Shown: positions 21,072 to 32,000 of the stretch, piece after piece
Layout of the letters: every line of letters begins with the position of its first letter
Position numbering within the stretch: position 1 is the stretch's first letter
Source of the DNA: Candidatus Saccharimonadota bacterium
GTDB lineage: Bacteria > Patescibacteriota > Gracilibacteria > BD1-5 > UBA6164
Direction of reading: 5' to 3'
DNA: 32,000 nt
NCBI GenBank assembly: GCA_965227835.1
Contig: OZ245768.1
Span: 330,001 to 362,000, forward strand
Program-made: the position numbers and the translations under genes
The notes under the pieces: model-generated
Told to the model about the DNA's origin: nothing
Seen by the model: the letters and a program-made list of their open reading frames with translations, nothing else
The model's database searches: none

Positions 21072-21157
21072 GTTGAAAGTTAAAAGTATAAAGTTAAAAG
21101 TTGAAAGTTGAAAGTATAAAGTTAGAAAGTTAAAGGTATAAGGTTAAAAGGTTAAAA
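21072..21157. repeat. heptanucleotide microsatellite, 12 units of GTTRAAA / GTATAAA
   Basis: It parses as gttgaaa gttaaaa gtataaa gttaaaa gttgaaa gttgaaa gtataaa gttagaaa gttaaag gtataag gttaaaag gttaaaa. It is intergenic, between the TPR gene stop and the dnaB start. Confidence 0.85.
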
Positions 21158-21374
21158 TAACTTTACTTCCAACTCCTTTTTTAGAGGATTATAATTTTTC
21201 AGTGTATCTAATTTCTGTCAAAATTACTTTTTAATATCAAGTTTTTCTTTTATATTTCTAAGTAATATTTGTTCTTCTATTTCAAAAATTTTAGGTAAAA
21301 AATAAAAAAGTAAATTTAAATTTAGCTTTTTTTGATAAGAAAATGTGAATAAAAAATGTTAAAAATTTATGCTT

Positions 21375-22196
21375 TTACAAATTAGCTTCTAAGTATTTTA
21401 TTTTTTCTGATACTTGGGAGTTATAAGGCTGTAATTCTATAATTTTTTTGTATGTTGATAAAGCCTCTTTTACTTCTCATAGGTTTTCATGACAAAATCA
21501 TTTCATTTTCAGCTTTTCTGTATTTCTAGGGAATTGTTTTAAAAACAATTTCGTATAAAAGAGAGATTTTTTATAGTCTTTGATTTCATAGTTTAGGTCC
21601 GATAAATATTCCATTATTTCTATGTCTCAGCTTCTTTTTTCATATCATTTGGTATATATATAAATAGATTCTTCATATCTACCTTGTATTGCTAGATTGT
21701 ATCAAAGTTTTTTTAGTATTTCAAAGTTGTTTTTAAATGCTGATAAAAGATCATTGTATATGTATTCTGCTTTTTTGTACTCTTTTTCTTCTTCATATAT
21801 AGAAGCTAGTTCTAAGTTTAAATCTTTGTTTAACTTATCAATTGCTAATCATTCAATTATCAATGATTTGGAACTATTGTAATATCATTTTGTTTTGTTT
21901 ACTTTAGCTCTCTTTATTATTTCTTGTATTTTTTTTGAGTCTTCTAAATTTGTGGTATTTTTTTCTTCGTCGTTACTCTTTTTTTTACTTTCATCATCTT
22001 TTTTTAAATTTTTCTTTTTTTCTTCTTTATTTTTTATTTGTTCGATTTTTTCCTTTAAATTTTTGTTTGAAGGGGATATGAGATTTTTTATACTTCTAAA
22101 TATTAAATATATTTTTTCATATAAATAATATCATATGTATCATAGAGATAGAAAAAATATTATTATTTCTATTTTTAAAAAAAATGTGTTATCCAT
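21375..22196 (-). CDS. membrane-anchored TPR-repeat protein with a Lys/Glu-rich linker
   Basis: 274 codons. An N-terminal TM segment MDNTFFLKIEIIIFFLSLGYIGYYLY is followed by a K/E-rich stretch and then TPR-like repeats (...ASIYEEEKEYKKAEYIYNDLL...LGYNLAIQGRYEESIYIY...EVKEALSTYKKIIELQP...). Confidence 0.75.
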
Positions 22197-22421
22197 AACT
22201 TTTCTATAATTAAAGTCTTTAATTTAAGTGCTGAAAAATTCAGGTTTATTAAAAAATAATTTTTTTTGCCAATTTTAATCAAAATTCTTCAACTTATCAT
22301 TCAAAAATGATAGTTATTTTTATCTAAAAGGCAAAATTAATATTTAGGGGTTTTGCAATATTCATATTCATTTAAAAATATTTGTTTAAAATTTTTATGA
22401 AGTAATTTTACAAAAATTTCT

Positions 22422-23501
22422 TTATTTGATTGTATATTTTCAAGATGAGTTTTTGTATATAACTCATGATATTTCCATCATAGATATTTTGTTGCTGATT
22501 TCTGTTATACCTATATTTATTTTTTTATTTATATCGTCTATATTTAAATCTTCTAATAGTAGTAAATCATATATTTCTTTTTCTCATTTTTCCAACTTTA
22601 ATTCCTTTTCACTATTTTTATTTTCACTTGTGTGTTGATTTGATATATTGTACTCTTCTAATATATCTTTATCTGTTATAACCAGTTTAGCCTCTCATTT
22701 TTTTATAAGACTATTTGTTCATAGGCTTCATATTTTAAATATATCTCATGGGATACAAAATATATCTTTTCACATTTCAAGAGCTAGATTTGCCGTAATT
22801 AAAGTTCATGATTTTTCTTTTGCTTCTACTATGAGTATTCACTTGGATATTCAGGCTATTATTTCATTTCTTATAGGAAAATTATGTGGATTTCAAATCT
22901 CTCAAATAGGAAATATAGATATTACTGCTCATCAAGAGTTTACTATCCTATCAAAAAGTTTTTTGTTTGATGCGGGATAATCTATATCTATTCAGGTTCA
23001 TATTATACTTATAGTTTTTTTGTTATTTTTCAGCGTTTCAATATGTGCTTTTGAATCACATCATGAAGCTCATCCAGAAACTATAGAGAAATAGTTTGAA
23101 ACTCAAGGTATTATTTTCTCTAAAATCTTTTCTCAATAAAAAGACATATTTCTAGAGCCTATAACTGCTATTTTTGGAGAATTATCTATATATCATCTCA
23201 AATAAAATAAAAAAGGAGGGTTAGATATATTTTTCAAGTTATCTGGGTAGTTTTTATCAAAAATAGTAATTATTTTTACTTTTCTTTCTTTTAGTATAGA
23301 TTTTAGGTTTTCCAAATTGATTTTTTTGTATTTTTCTAAAATACTTTCTATTTGTTTTTCTTTAAAATCTTCTTTTTTCAAAAATTTTTGATTTATTGAG
23401 TTAAATACCTCTTTATAATTTTCTTTATTTTTAAATATTTTATGTAGTTTTCTTTGAGATATTCATATATGGTGTAGTCAAACTAAATATATTTCTTCCA
23501 T
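22422..23501 (-). CDS. dprA: DNA processing protein A (natural transformation)
   Basis: 360 codons. Motifs are YPDNLKNISNPPFLFYLRG, IAVIGSRNMSFYG, VSGGASGCDSKAH, IIGTGIDIDYP, NFPIRNEIIAGISKGILIVEA..KSGTLITANLALEMGKDIF, and a C-terminal winged-helix-like tail. Confidence 0.9.
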
Positions 23502-23644
23502 TTGTGTTTTTATGGATATAAATTGTATATATTTTATATTATTTTTATTTTGTATTTTGCAAAGTTATTTAGATATTTTGATTTGATTTTTATAAAAAAT
23601 ATGTTATAATAACATTAAAGTTTTACAAAATAATAATTTATAAT

Positions 23645-25291
23645 ATGAGCAATAAACCTTACAGTGATATAATGATTGTAGAAAATCAACTAGATCAAAG
23701 ATCTTATTTATCAGATGTTATTTATGATATTTCTGATGAATTTCCTCATCTTGCTATGAATTCCAAAGATGCCATAAATCAACTAGATTTAATCGTGTCA
23801 AAAAATAGAGGTATTGTAAAAGTGCTTACTGATTTGCATATGTGAGATACTTGAGAAGATTGAAACAATGGAGATTTTTTAATACAAAAAATTTCTGAAA
23901 ATAAAGACTTAAATGAAAAAATACATCTTGCTATACTTAGTTGAAGTATATCTGAAGATGCAATTTTAGAAGTGATTAAAAGGAATTATTGAAAACTAAC
24001 TATAGATTGGATACCTAAAAGTCTTATGTTTGAAAGAAATAAATTTAGAGATAGAATTCTTGAATTTTTAAGTAGTGAGCATAAACCTCTTAAAGAATGA
24101 ACTTCAGAAATTATTTTATCAATCAAAGAACAACTTACAGAAATAACTGATATATCTATAAAATTAGAGCCTTTGTTTTGGAAATTAAAAAGAATTATAT
24201 ATCAAATGAGTGTAGAAGATCCTTTGTGTATAGAATTAAAAAGTATCATTGATAGTATTGATATTAAATCAGTCTCTTGAAGAGAAGTACATGAATTTAA
24301 AAATACCCTATCTAATTTTATTTTAAGAAATAGTGAAGCCCTTGATTGAAAAATAGTTGAGTCTTTGCATGAAATAAGACTTAGTTTAAAAACTATATCA
24401 GATTCAGAGATTTTGAAACAAGCTTTTATATCAGATTTATTACCTTCTCATCAAGATATGTTCAAAGAAAAATTTAGCTGACTTTTTGTTTCTGCTTCAA
24501 ATATGGCTAATATACAGACTCTACTTATAGAGATAATAAACAATATGCAAAAATATTGATATGATCACAGTATAGAAGTATGAGAAAAAAATATAGTATT
24601 TAGGAATAAAATTAAAGATTTTGATGGGACAAATAATTCTGAATGATATGGAATAAATATGATGAAGGATATGTGTAGTGAGGATTCAAACTTATCAATA
24701 GATTATAATATTTCAAATGAAGGTATTTTTGAATTAAAATTTTCTTTTCCTTTTTTTAGAGAAAATAATGAATCAGATGAATCATCGAATGAAAATCAAG
24801 GACTTCAAGAATCAAAAGAGTATCAATGAAATGAATTTGAAAAGATATATTTTTTTGATCATGATTTTTGATCGAGAGTCAATTTAGAAAAAGTAAGAAA
24901 AGTATTTAATTGTTTTCCAAAAGATAGAATACAAGAAAGTAATATTGACATAATAGAAAAACCTTTCAATCTAACTGATAATATTCAAGAGCACAGTCTT
25001 TTTATAACACATAACTTCAGTTATTCTTGAAGTTCATCTGAAATGTATGTTTATAATTTATTAATCAGTTTAATAGAAAATCCTAATCTAAAAATTCTAG
25101 TTTTGTCAGGTATTTCATGCTTTGATAAATGTATTTCAAATGCAAATATTTTTATGGCTTTTCTTAGATTAACTTCTTCTTACCCTGAATCATCAAAATC
25201 CTATGATTTTGATGAGGTTAAATCAATTATCAAAAATAGAATATTTTATTCCAATTCTATGGATGATATTCCTGAAGAACTAAAAAGTTAG
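23645..25291 (+). CDS. two-component hybrid protein: N-terminal receiver (REC) domain plus histidine-kinase-like ATPase (GHKL) domain
   Basis: 549 codons. The REC pattern is IMIVEN...KVLTDLHMGDTGEDG...LAILSGS...DWIPKS. The GHKL N-box is LLIEIINNMQKYG, the G1-like box is KDFDGTNN and the G2-like box is EGYGINMMKDM, followed by GIFELKFSFPF. A possible second receiver-like fold lies at the C-terminus (KILVLSG...). No convincing H-box was seen. Confidence 0.65.
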
Positions 25292-25409
25292 AAAATAACT
25301 TTTTAATTAATCACCCAATTTTTTGAATCTTATAAGTTTGGGTATAGAAAAATCAATCCATATATCTTTTTTTGAGCTATATTTAGCTTTCCATTATAAC
25401 CATAAATTT

Positions 25410-28400
25410 ATGAAACTAAACCAAAAAAAACAATATTGAGAAAATTGGCTAGAACGTTTATACTGAGACTCACCATATAGCTTATATAAATTAATAAGTC
25501 AAACAAAAAAATATGCAAAATACAATATTACTGGTGATTTTTCGTGAGAATCATCAGAAGATTTATATGAAAAAAATTTAAAAGCAAAAGAAATAATAGA
25601 TAGTAAAATTCAAAAAATAAGAGATAATATTTCAGATATATGGAGGCCCTATGAGCTTATATTGGATAAGTCAGGAGAGAAAATTCATTTATTTCTCCCT
25701 TTGAAACTAGTAAAGATTATAGAAAAATATAGGCATTTTATACAAAAGCATCCAAATTTATTAGATACCTTGATAAACCCTCAAAACTATAGTGAATATG
25801 ATGTTTTGGAAATTATTATGCAATTACCAGAAAATGATCCAGAAGTAAAAAGGTTTCATTACTCTTGTATGAAATATGGTTTCACAAATAATTTAATTAC
25901 AGAAATAATTGATACCCCTGTTTTTGAGGTAAGTTCTTATTTTTGAAGATTTATACCAAAACCCCAACATTTTTCTGATGATATTAATATGAAAAATGTT
26001 AATGAAAATACAGTTAGATTATATACAAATGGTGTTGAAGACATTAAAAATGCTTTTTTAGATAGATTTTGAACTAAAAAAGAATTTTGATATGGTAGGT
26101 CAGCTTGGGATGAAGATTCAATTTATTATCTTAATTCAGCCCTTTCAAACCCTTATACAAATGTAGAAGATATAAGAGCTCAACAACTACTTTTTGAACA
26201 CTTCAATATTCCACAATTATCAAATTATTCAAATATTCTTTCTCAAGTTGAAAAGTATGTAGAAAATTTTCGAAAACTTCTATATCCTGCAAAAATTTGA
26301 CTTTGTTTTCATAATTATGAAGGGTATAGTGTTTTTGATATGTATCATGATAATATTACCATATATAAACCATATAATTATTCTTCTTTACTTGATTATG
26401 AAGGGGATGGAGATCCTGATTGAGTAAATGAATACTTGATTAAAAGATATGGAGATAATGTAAATATAAAACAAGTACTTTTAGATGGTTTATCTGATTT
26501 AAAAAATGCAAAAGAATTATTAGAATTATTTTTTGAAAAATTAGAGATTATATGATCTCCAATTTTGACTGATTTAAAATTAGAATCAAGAAAATTTTTT
26601 AAATATTACGATCACAGATTTCTATTTAGACCAAGATTATGGAAGTGATGAACTACAGTAATACATGATGATGATTATTTTTGTCGTAATTTAGAGTCAC
26701 CCATCCCTAATTTTATCAAAGAGTTTGAAAATTTTCAAACAAACCTTAAAGCACTTAATGCTATGTTTAAATTTTTAAATCTTGTACAAAAAGAATGATG
26801 GTCAAAAATAACTTTTGATAATTCAAAACCCACATGATATAAAAATGCATGGCATTTAAAATTTGATAAATCAAATCATACCCTTTGAAGTATTTCTCAC
26901 ACTAGTGAAATTACTATATTTGCTGGTTCAAATGCTTCGGGAAAATCTTTTTCTTGATTAAAGAGAGATGCTTATATACGTATGGCTATGCAATCTTTTT
27001 GATATGCTCCATGTGATTCATGAAACCTAAATACTCCTATTTCATCTATACTTTTTTTAGATAGACCCTATACAAAGTCCATCAAAAAACATCACTTTGG
27101 ATATAACGAAGTTAAAACTTTGTATGATCCAAGTGCATTTATGCAAGAGGCAAAATCTATAGCAGATTCTCTTAAATTTCTAACTAGTAAAAGTGTAGTA
27201 TATATGGATGAAGTATTTACTACCACTAGCCCAGAAGATCAAGCAGCTTTATTGCTATGACTTATAGAATATTTAAAAGAGAAATGAGCAGAAATAATAC
27301 TTGCAACTCATAACGAGTATGTTTTGAAATATTTTGATTCAATGAATAATAAATTTAAGGCTAATATAATGCATTTTTGAACTAAGAAATGAAATTCTTG
27401 AATAGAAAATACTTATAAGCTAGAATTTGGTAGTTCAGATTCAAACTTTTTAAGTGTATGCTATCAATATCAAGCACCTATATGTTTAACAGAAACAGCA
27501 CAAAGATATTTAGAGTGAACATGGAAACTTTCAGAACAAAGAAACTTATTAACTAGACCTGTATTGGAATATACTCAAAAGGAACGAGAGAAAATGAAGC
27601 AAATTTCAATTTCAATCATGCATTTATTTCAAGAAGCAGACTCAAAAAGTATCCTGAAACTTTATTCTCAAGATGACAGTATTCAATCTTGGATGAATTT
27701 TGAAAGTCTATATTTAAACAAAAATAATATATTAAATATTAGAAACAATAAAAAACCAAACCATAATATGTTTGATGAAATGATGAATGACACAAGATAT
27801 TATTCTCTTCTTACAAAACTTCTCCTTAATACATCATTTAATTCTAGTCAAGAAACCCTAGAAAGACAAACTATGTTTTCAGAACTACAAAAGATTTCAA
27901 AAAAAGATTATATAACAATATTTAATTCTTTAGAGTTTTTATGAGGCTTTGATTCTTCTCTTGAAACTCTTGAAGAAATAGATAATGATGTATGAATTAA
28001 TAGATATTTACCTAAATATTCAAATATAAAAACTACTGATTCTAACCTATCATGATGAAAAAAAATACCCACCATGGATATTAGTTTGTGAAATTTATGA
28101 GAGATTCAAAATTGTATTGAACTTAATACTCTTATTTTTTGAGAAAAAGCTCCAGAATCATCTCATATAACAAGTCTTTTAAATGTACTTTTTAAAATTC
28201 AATCATATAAAAGTCTAGATTTAGAATATATATATAATGGAGAGGATAAACAATATTATAAGATTCCATGAGCTATCTTACCACATTTATTAAAAATAAT
28301 TCCTCAAAGATATATACCTAAAGATACCAGCAAAGAAAGAATAAAAGAACAAAGGAAATCTATAGAAAACTTAAAAAAGGATTTAATATCACAATGAATT

Positions 28401-29768
28401 CTAGAAAAAAATGAATTTCTTACAGATAATGAATTAAAAGAGTTATTTTATCAAAATTTTGTACCTAGGGAAATATTAAGGAAATTATTTATGGATATTA
28501 TTCCAGAAGATAAATCATATGAGATAATAGTAAATCTTATGGATGATTTTGAAACAAAACTAAAAGAATATATAGATTCTCTTCCTATTATACCATGGCA
28601 AAAAATTATCACAAATCAAGATAAAAGAGTAAAAGAATTTATATTTAAAATACAATTTAAAAAAATAAAAAAAGCTAAAGAGAAAACTAATGAACTAAAT
28701 AAATTATCAAGAAAAAATCCTTGGTTATCATTGTATTATGTTAGTGAATTTCCAAAGGAATTAAAATTACTTGAGAAAAGATTTGAACATATAGATTCTG
28801 TATATATAAGTCAATCATTTAATACTTTAAATGATATTTCTATTAGGATACAAAATTGAGATTTTGAATATCTAAAATATTCACCTTTGAAAGAAAATAC
28901 TTGATGAGAATATTCTACTCTTTCACGTTTATGAAAAGCTAAAACTACTTATATAACACATAACGATATAGATTCTAAAAATAATTTGAAATCTACGGGT
29001 CAGATTAGTATAGAAACGCTTTGATTAAAAAGTATATTATATTGGTCAAGAGTTATTAAATGATTTTGATTTTGAAAAGTTCGTTTTTCTTCCAAAAATC
29101 AAGTTAAATTTGATAGATTATCTCATTTAAGTCTACTATGAGATAAAACTGTAGCAAATGATGTTCATATTTGATGATTAAGTGGTCAATTAAGAGTACT
29201 AACCTGACCTAACGGTTCAGGAAAAACTTTTCATAAACAGTCAATTATATTAGGTATAATGTCTGCAATGAGTACTTGATTTGTTCCAGCAAAAAATTCT
29301 CGTTTACCTTTGTTTGAAAGAGTATCATACCTTGATAGAGTTGTAGAAGATAGTAAGCAATGATTTAGTGCTTGAACAAAAGAGATACAATACTGGAAGG
29401 AAATATGGCAAGATATAGATTATTCTACTGTGCCTTTTATGTGATTTGATGAGATGTTTTCCACTACTTCTCCTAAATATCAAGAGGCTTTTACAGTTAG
29501 TGTAATGGATTTTTTATATAAAAAATGAGTGTTAGGAGTTATCTCCACACATAATCATGATGCTATTGGTGTACTTAAAAATCAAAACGGTATTTTTCCT
29601 CCATACTATTTTGAATACCATATAAAGGGGGGTAAACTTACTTATGAAAGAACTATTACTAAGTGACATGCTACTTCACATTGAATTGATATAGCTCGTA
29701 AGATGTGATTAAATAATACTATTATTGATAAGGCTATAAAATATAGAAATATTATAAATAGGAATTAG
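25410..29768 (+). CDS. 1452-aa protein with two tandem MutS-family (domain V type) ABC ATPase modules
   Basis: A single frame runs from ATG 25410 to TAG 29766-29768. Most of that frame was read triplet by triplet and no TAA/TAG was seen. The three track ORFs 25662, 27564 and 28491 share this frame and are separated only by TGA. Module 1 has Walker A GSNASGKS (26925-26948), SAFMQE, Walker B VVYMDEVFTTTS (27195-) and ATHN. Module 2 has Walker A GPNGSGKT (29205-29228), Walker B FMGFDEMFSTTS (29436-), STHN and KGHATSHGIDIARKMGL. Confidence 0.8.
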
Positions 29769-29931
29769 AATCAAAAATTCTTTTTGCTTTTTAACAAATA
29801 AACATTAATATCAAAAACTGGAAATATACTTTTATAATTTTTACTTTTTGTTTTTTCAATTTTATACAATTTAAGTCAAAAGGGAAAGGATAAAATACTT
29901 ATTCCGTTTTTTTATTTTTTAAGTTTTTTTG

Positions 29932-30216
29932 ATGGAAACTAATAAACTATTTGTTTGAGGTTTATCTTGGGGACTAGCTTGGCAAGATCTAAAAGATGCT
30001 TTTTCAAAACACTGAGAAGTTGTATTTGCAAGAGTAGTTACTGATAGGGAAACTTGAAGATCTAGAGGTTTTTGATTCGTAGAATTCTCTTCTGTTGAAG
30101 ATGCAGTTAAAGCAAAAGAAGCTATGGACTGAACAGAACTTGATTGAAGAAGTATCAAAGTTGATTTCGCTCAAGATAAAAGAGAAGAAACACAAGAACA
30201 AAAAGAAGAAAGTTAG
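29932..30216 (+). CDS. RRM-type RNA-binding protein
   Basis: 95 codons. RNP-2 is LFVGGL and RNP-1 is RGFGFVEF: METNKLFVGGLSWGLAWQDLKDAFSKHGEV...TGRSRGFGFVEFSSVEDA.... Confidence 0.9.
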
Positions 30217-30240
30217 AAATATTCTAAATTGTCTTCTAAA

Positions 30241-30277
30241 AAAACCAAAAGATTTGAAAATCCTTTTGGTTTTTTTG
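30241..30277 (+). terminator. intrinsic terminator after the RRM gene
   Basis: Stem ccaaaag / cttttgg extended by A:T pairs, followed by a T7 run. Confidence 0.65.
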
Positions 30278-30335
30278 TGTTTTAAAAATAATTATGTTAA
30301 AATTCATTATATAAATTATTTGATTATAAAAAACT

Positions 30336-31445
30336 ATGACAAGTAAAGAATTAATAAACTATGTCCTTGATTATTCATCAAAAAAGAAATATCCAGATAT
30401 ACATATAAATACCAATAAAAAAATAAAAATTAGAAATGAATCAGGTTTTATAGTAGATTTGGATAAAATAGAAGTAGAATCCAAAGAAGTTTCAATTCCA
30501 GAAATAAATCTAGAAACTGTTAAATCCATAATAAAAGTTTTAGTTTGAGAAGACTGATATGAAAAATTTCAAACAAATAAAGAACTAGATTCTTCATATG
30601 TAATAAATTCATGAGAAAGATTTAGAGTGAACTGCTATATTGATTCTGCTTGATATTCCATAGCTCTTAGAATAATACCAAATAAAATACCAGATTTAGA
30701 CGAACTTGGTTTATGAGATCAAATAAAAAAAATGTGTGATTCTCAAAAAGGTTTGATTTTAGTTACTTGACCCACTTGATCTGGTAAATCTACAAACTTA
30801 GCCTCAATGATAGACTATATAAACAAAACCCAAAATAAACATATTATCACAATAGAAGATCCAGTTGAATTTTCTTTCAAAGATAATAAATCTTTAATAA
30901 ACCAAAGAGAAGTTTGAAATCATACAAAAAGTTTTGCCAATGCAATTAGAGCAAGTCTTAGAGAAGATCCAGATGTAATAATGATATGAGAAATGAGAGA
31001 TCCAGAAACCATAAAAGCAGCTATAACCCTAGCCGAAACGGGACATTTAGTACTATCTACTCTTCATACAAATGATTCTGTTCAAACTGTTGATAGAATA
31101 GTTGATGTCTTCCCTGAATCTTCACAAAAACAAATAAGAATGCAACTTGCTATGAGTTTATCATGAATAATTTCACAAAGATTAGTATCTAGGAAAGACA
31201 AAGAAGGTAGAATTGCAGCTAGAGAAATACTTATAACAAATGATGCTGTAAAAAATTTGATAATTTCAGGAAAAACTCATCAACTCTATTCAGTTTTGGA
31301 AGTTTCTAAAGCCGAATGAATGGTTCTTATGGATAAATATTTAATTGCTCTTTTCAAAAAAGAAATTATAAGCAAAGATTCTTTGATTTCATATTCCAGA
31401 GATAAAGAAGCTATAGAAATGATGTTTAAAGATAACCTTGGCTAG
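30336..31445 (+). CDS. pilT: type IV pilus retraction ATPase
   Basis: 370 codons. Motifs are the Walker [24 protein letters not shown], the Asp box, the Walker [22 protein letters not shown] and the PilT-type [11 protein letters not shown]. Confidence 0.95.
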
Positions 31446-31466
31446 ATATTTTTAATAAATACAATT

Positions 31467-32000
31467 ATGATTGATATAAATTTTTTCAAAAATTCCTGAT
31501 TCTTTGAAAAAAAGACTCTAAAAAAATGAGAGTATCTTTTTTGCGAATGAGAAGTGGATGAAAATATATATATAATAATAACTTGAGAACTTTTAATTGA
31601 AAAATTTACTAATCAAAATAAAGATGAAGCAAAAGTTTTAGCTAGTTTGAAAAAAGATGATGTTTTTTGAGAAGCAAGTCTCAACAACAACTTACCCAAA
31701 CAAGTAAGTATAAAAGCCAATAAAAAAACAGATATAATATATATAAATGCAATTTCGGGATTAAGGGATTTTTCTTCTAAATACCCAAATGAATCTTTTG
31801 ATTTATTAAAATATATAATACATTTATCAAATAATAGATTAAATGAATCAAATTCTTTGATAACAGCAAGTTACAAAATTAGTTCACTTATATCAAATAT
31901 AAATGATTTTAGTTTTAAAACTATTTTTCAATTAATTGAGGAAACAAAAATATTAACAGGTGTAAAAGATATAATATTTCTTGAAGAAAACCAAGTATTA
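31467..32000 (+). CDS. cyclic-nucleotide-binding domain protein (Crp/Fnr-like N-terminus), 3' end outside the window
   Basis: The frame stays open to the window edge (178 codons). The cNMP-binding pattern is KKGEYLFCEGEVDENIYIIITGELLI...DDVFGEASL....VSIKA...T.IIYI. Confidence 0.7.

Noticed and set aside
20114-22980. Plus-strand track ORFs 20114-20317, 21697-21882, 21895-22128, 22426-22638 and 22648-22980.
   Set aside because: They are antisense to dnaB, the TPR gene and dprA, all of which give full-length conserved translations on the minus strand with UGA=Gly.
25410-29768. Splitting the double-MutS ORF into two adjacent genes, one per ATPase module.
   Set aside because: I saw no TAA/TAG in frame across the span between the two modules (about 27200-29200), which was mostly read triplet by triplet. 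The three standard-code ORF fragments share one frame and are interrupted only by TGA. A split would need a sequencing error, which is flagged as a check in the finding.

Overview
This is a strongly AT-rich bacterial chromosome segment. It can only be read if UGA encodes glycine (translation table 25), which points to Absconditabacteria (SR1) or Gracilibacteria of the candidate phyla radiation. The supplied standard-code ORF track is therefore fragmented, and many listed ORFs are antisense shadows. I re-translated the window by hand with UGA=Gly and it resolves into about 23 CDS. From left to right these are:
- an IS transposase 3' fragment
- a secreted acidic protein
- a small hypothetical ORF
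- Fe-superoxide dismutase
- an LCP protein
- a class A PBP
- a 6TM ion-channel-like protein
- a 2-Cys peroxiredoxin
- a small lipoprotein
- PheS
- a 654-aa type IV pilin-like protein with FecR-like and LamG-like modules
- a 1092-aa surface lipoprotein built from three near-identical ~311-aa repeats
- TrpRS
- RNase HI with a zinc-ribbon tail
- DnaB
- a membrane-anchored TPR protein
- DprA
- a REC plus HATPase-like two-component protein
- a 1452-aa single-chain protein with two complete MutS-type ATPase modules
- an RRM RNA-binding protein
- PilT
- a cNMP-binding protein (3' truncated)

The signals most worth a second look are:
1. The tandem double-MutS ATPase gene sits directly downstream of the REC/HATPase gene.
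2. A minority class of three ORFs has no in-frame TGA and carries a strong AAGGAG Shine-Dalgarno. All 17 TGA-containing genes whose starts lie in the window lack any SD. The largest of the three ORFs is flanked by inverted repeats.
3. A G+C-enriched ~360-nt structured RNA candidate has a consensus promoter and a strong terminator. I could not assign it to RNase P, tmRNA or SRP.
4. The adhesin-like lipoprotein has mosaic repeats and sits convergent with the giant pilin-like gene.
5. Several unexplained intergenic elements are present: a GC-rich CCTCACCCTAACC repeat with a hairpin, a 12-unit heptamer microsatellite, and a ~50-nt conserved 3'-UTR motif.

No rRNA, tRNA or CRISPR array was recognised. 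All translations and alignments were done by eye and no database search was possible.
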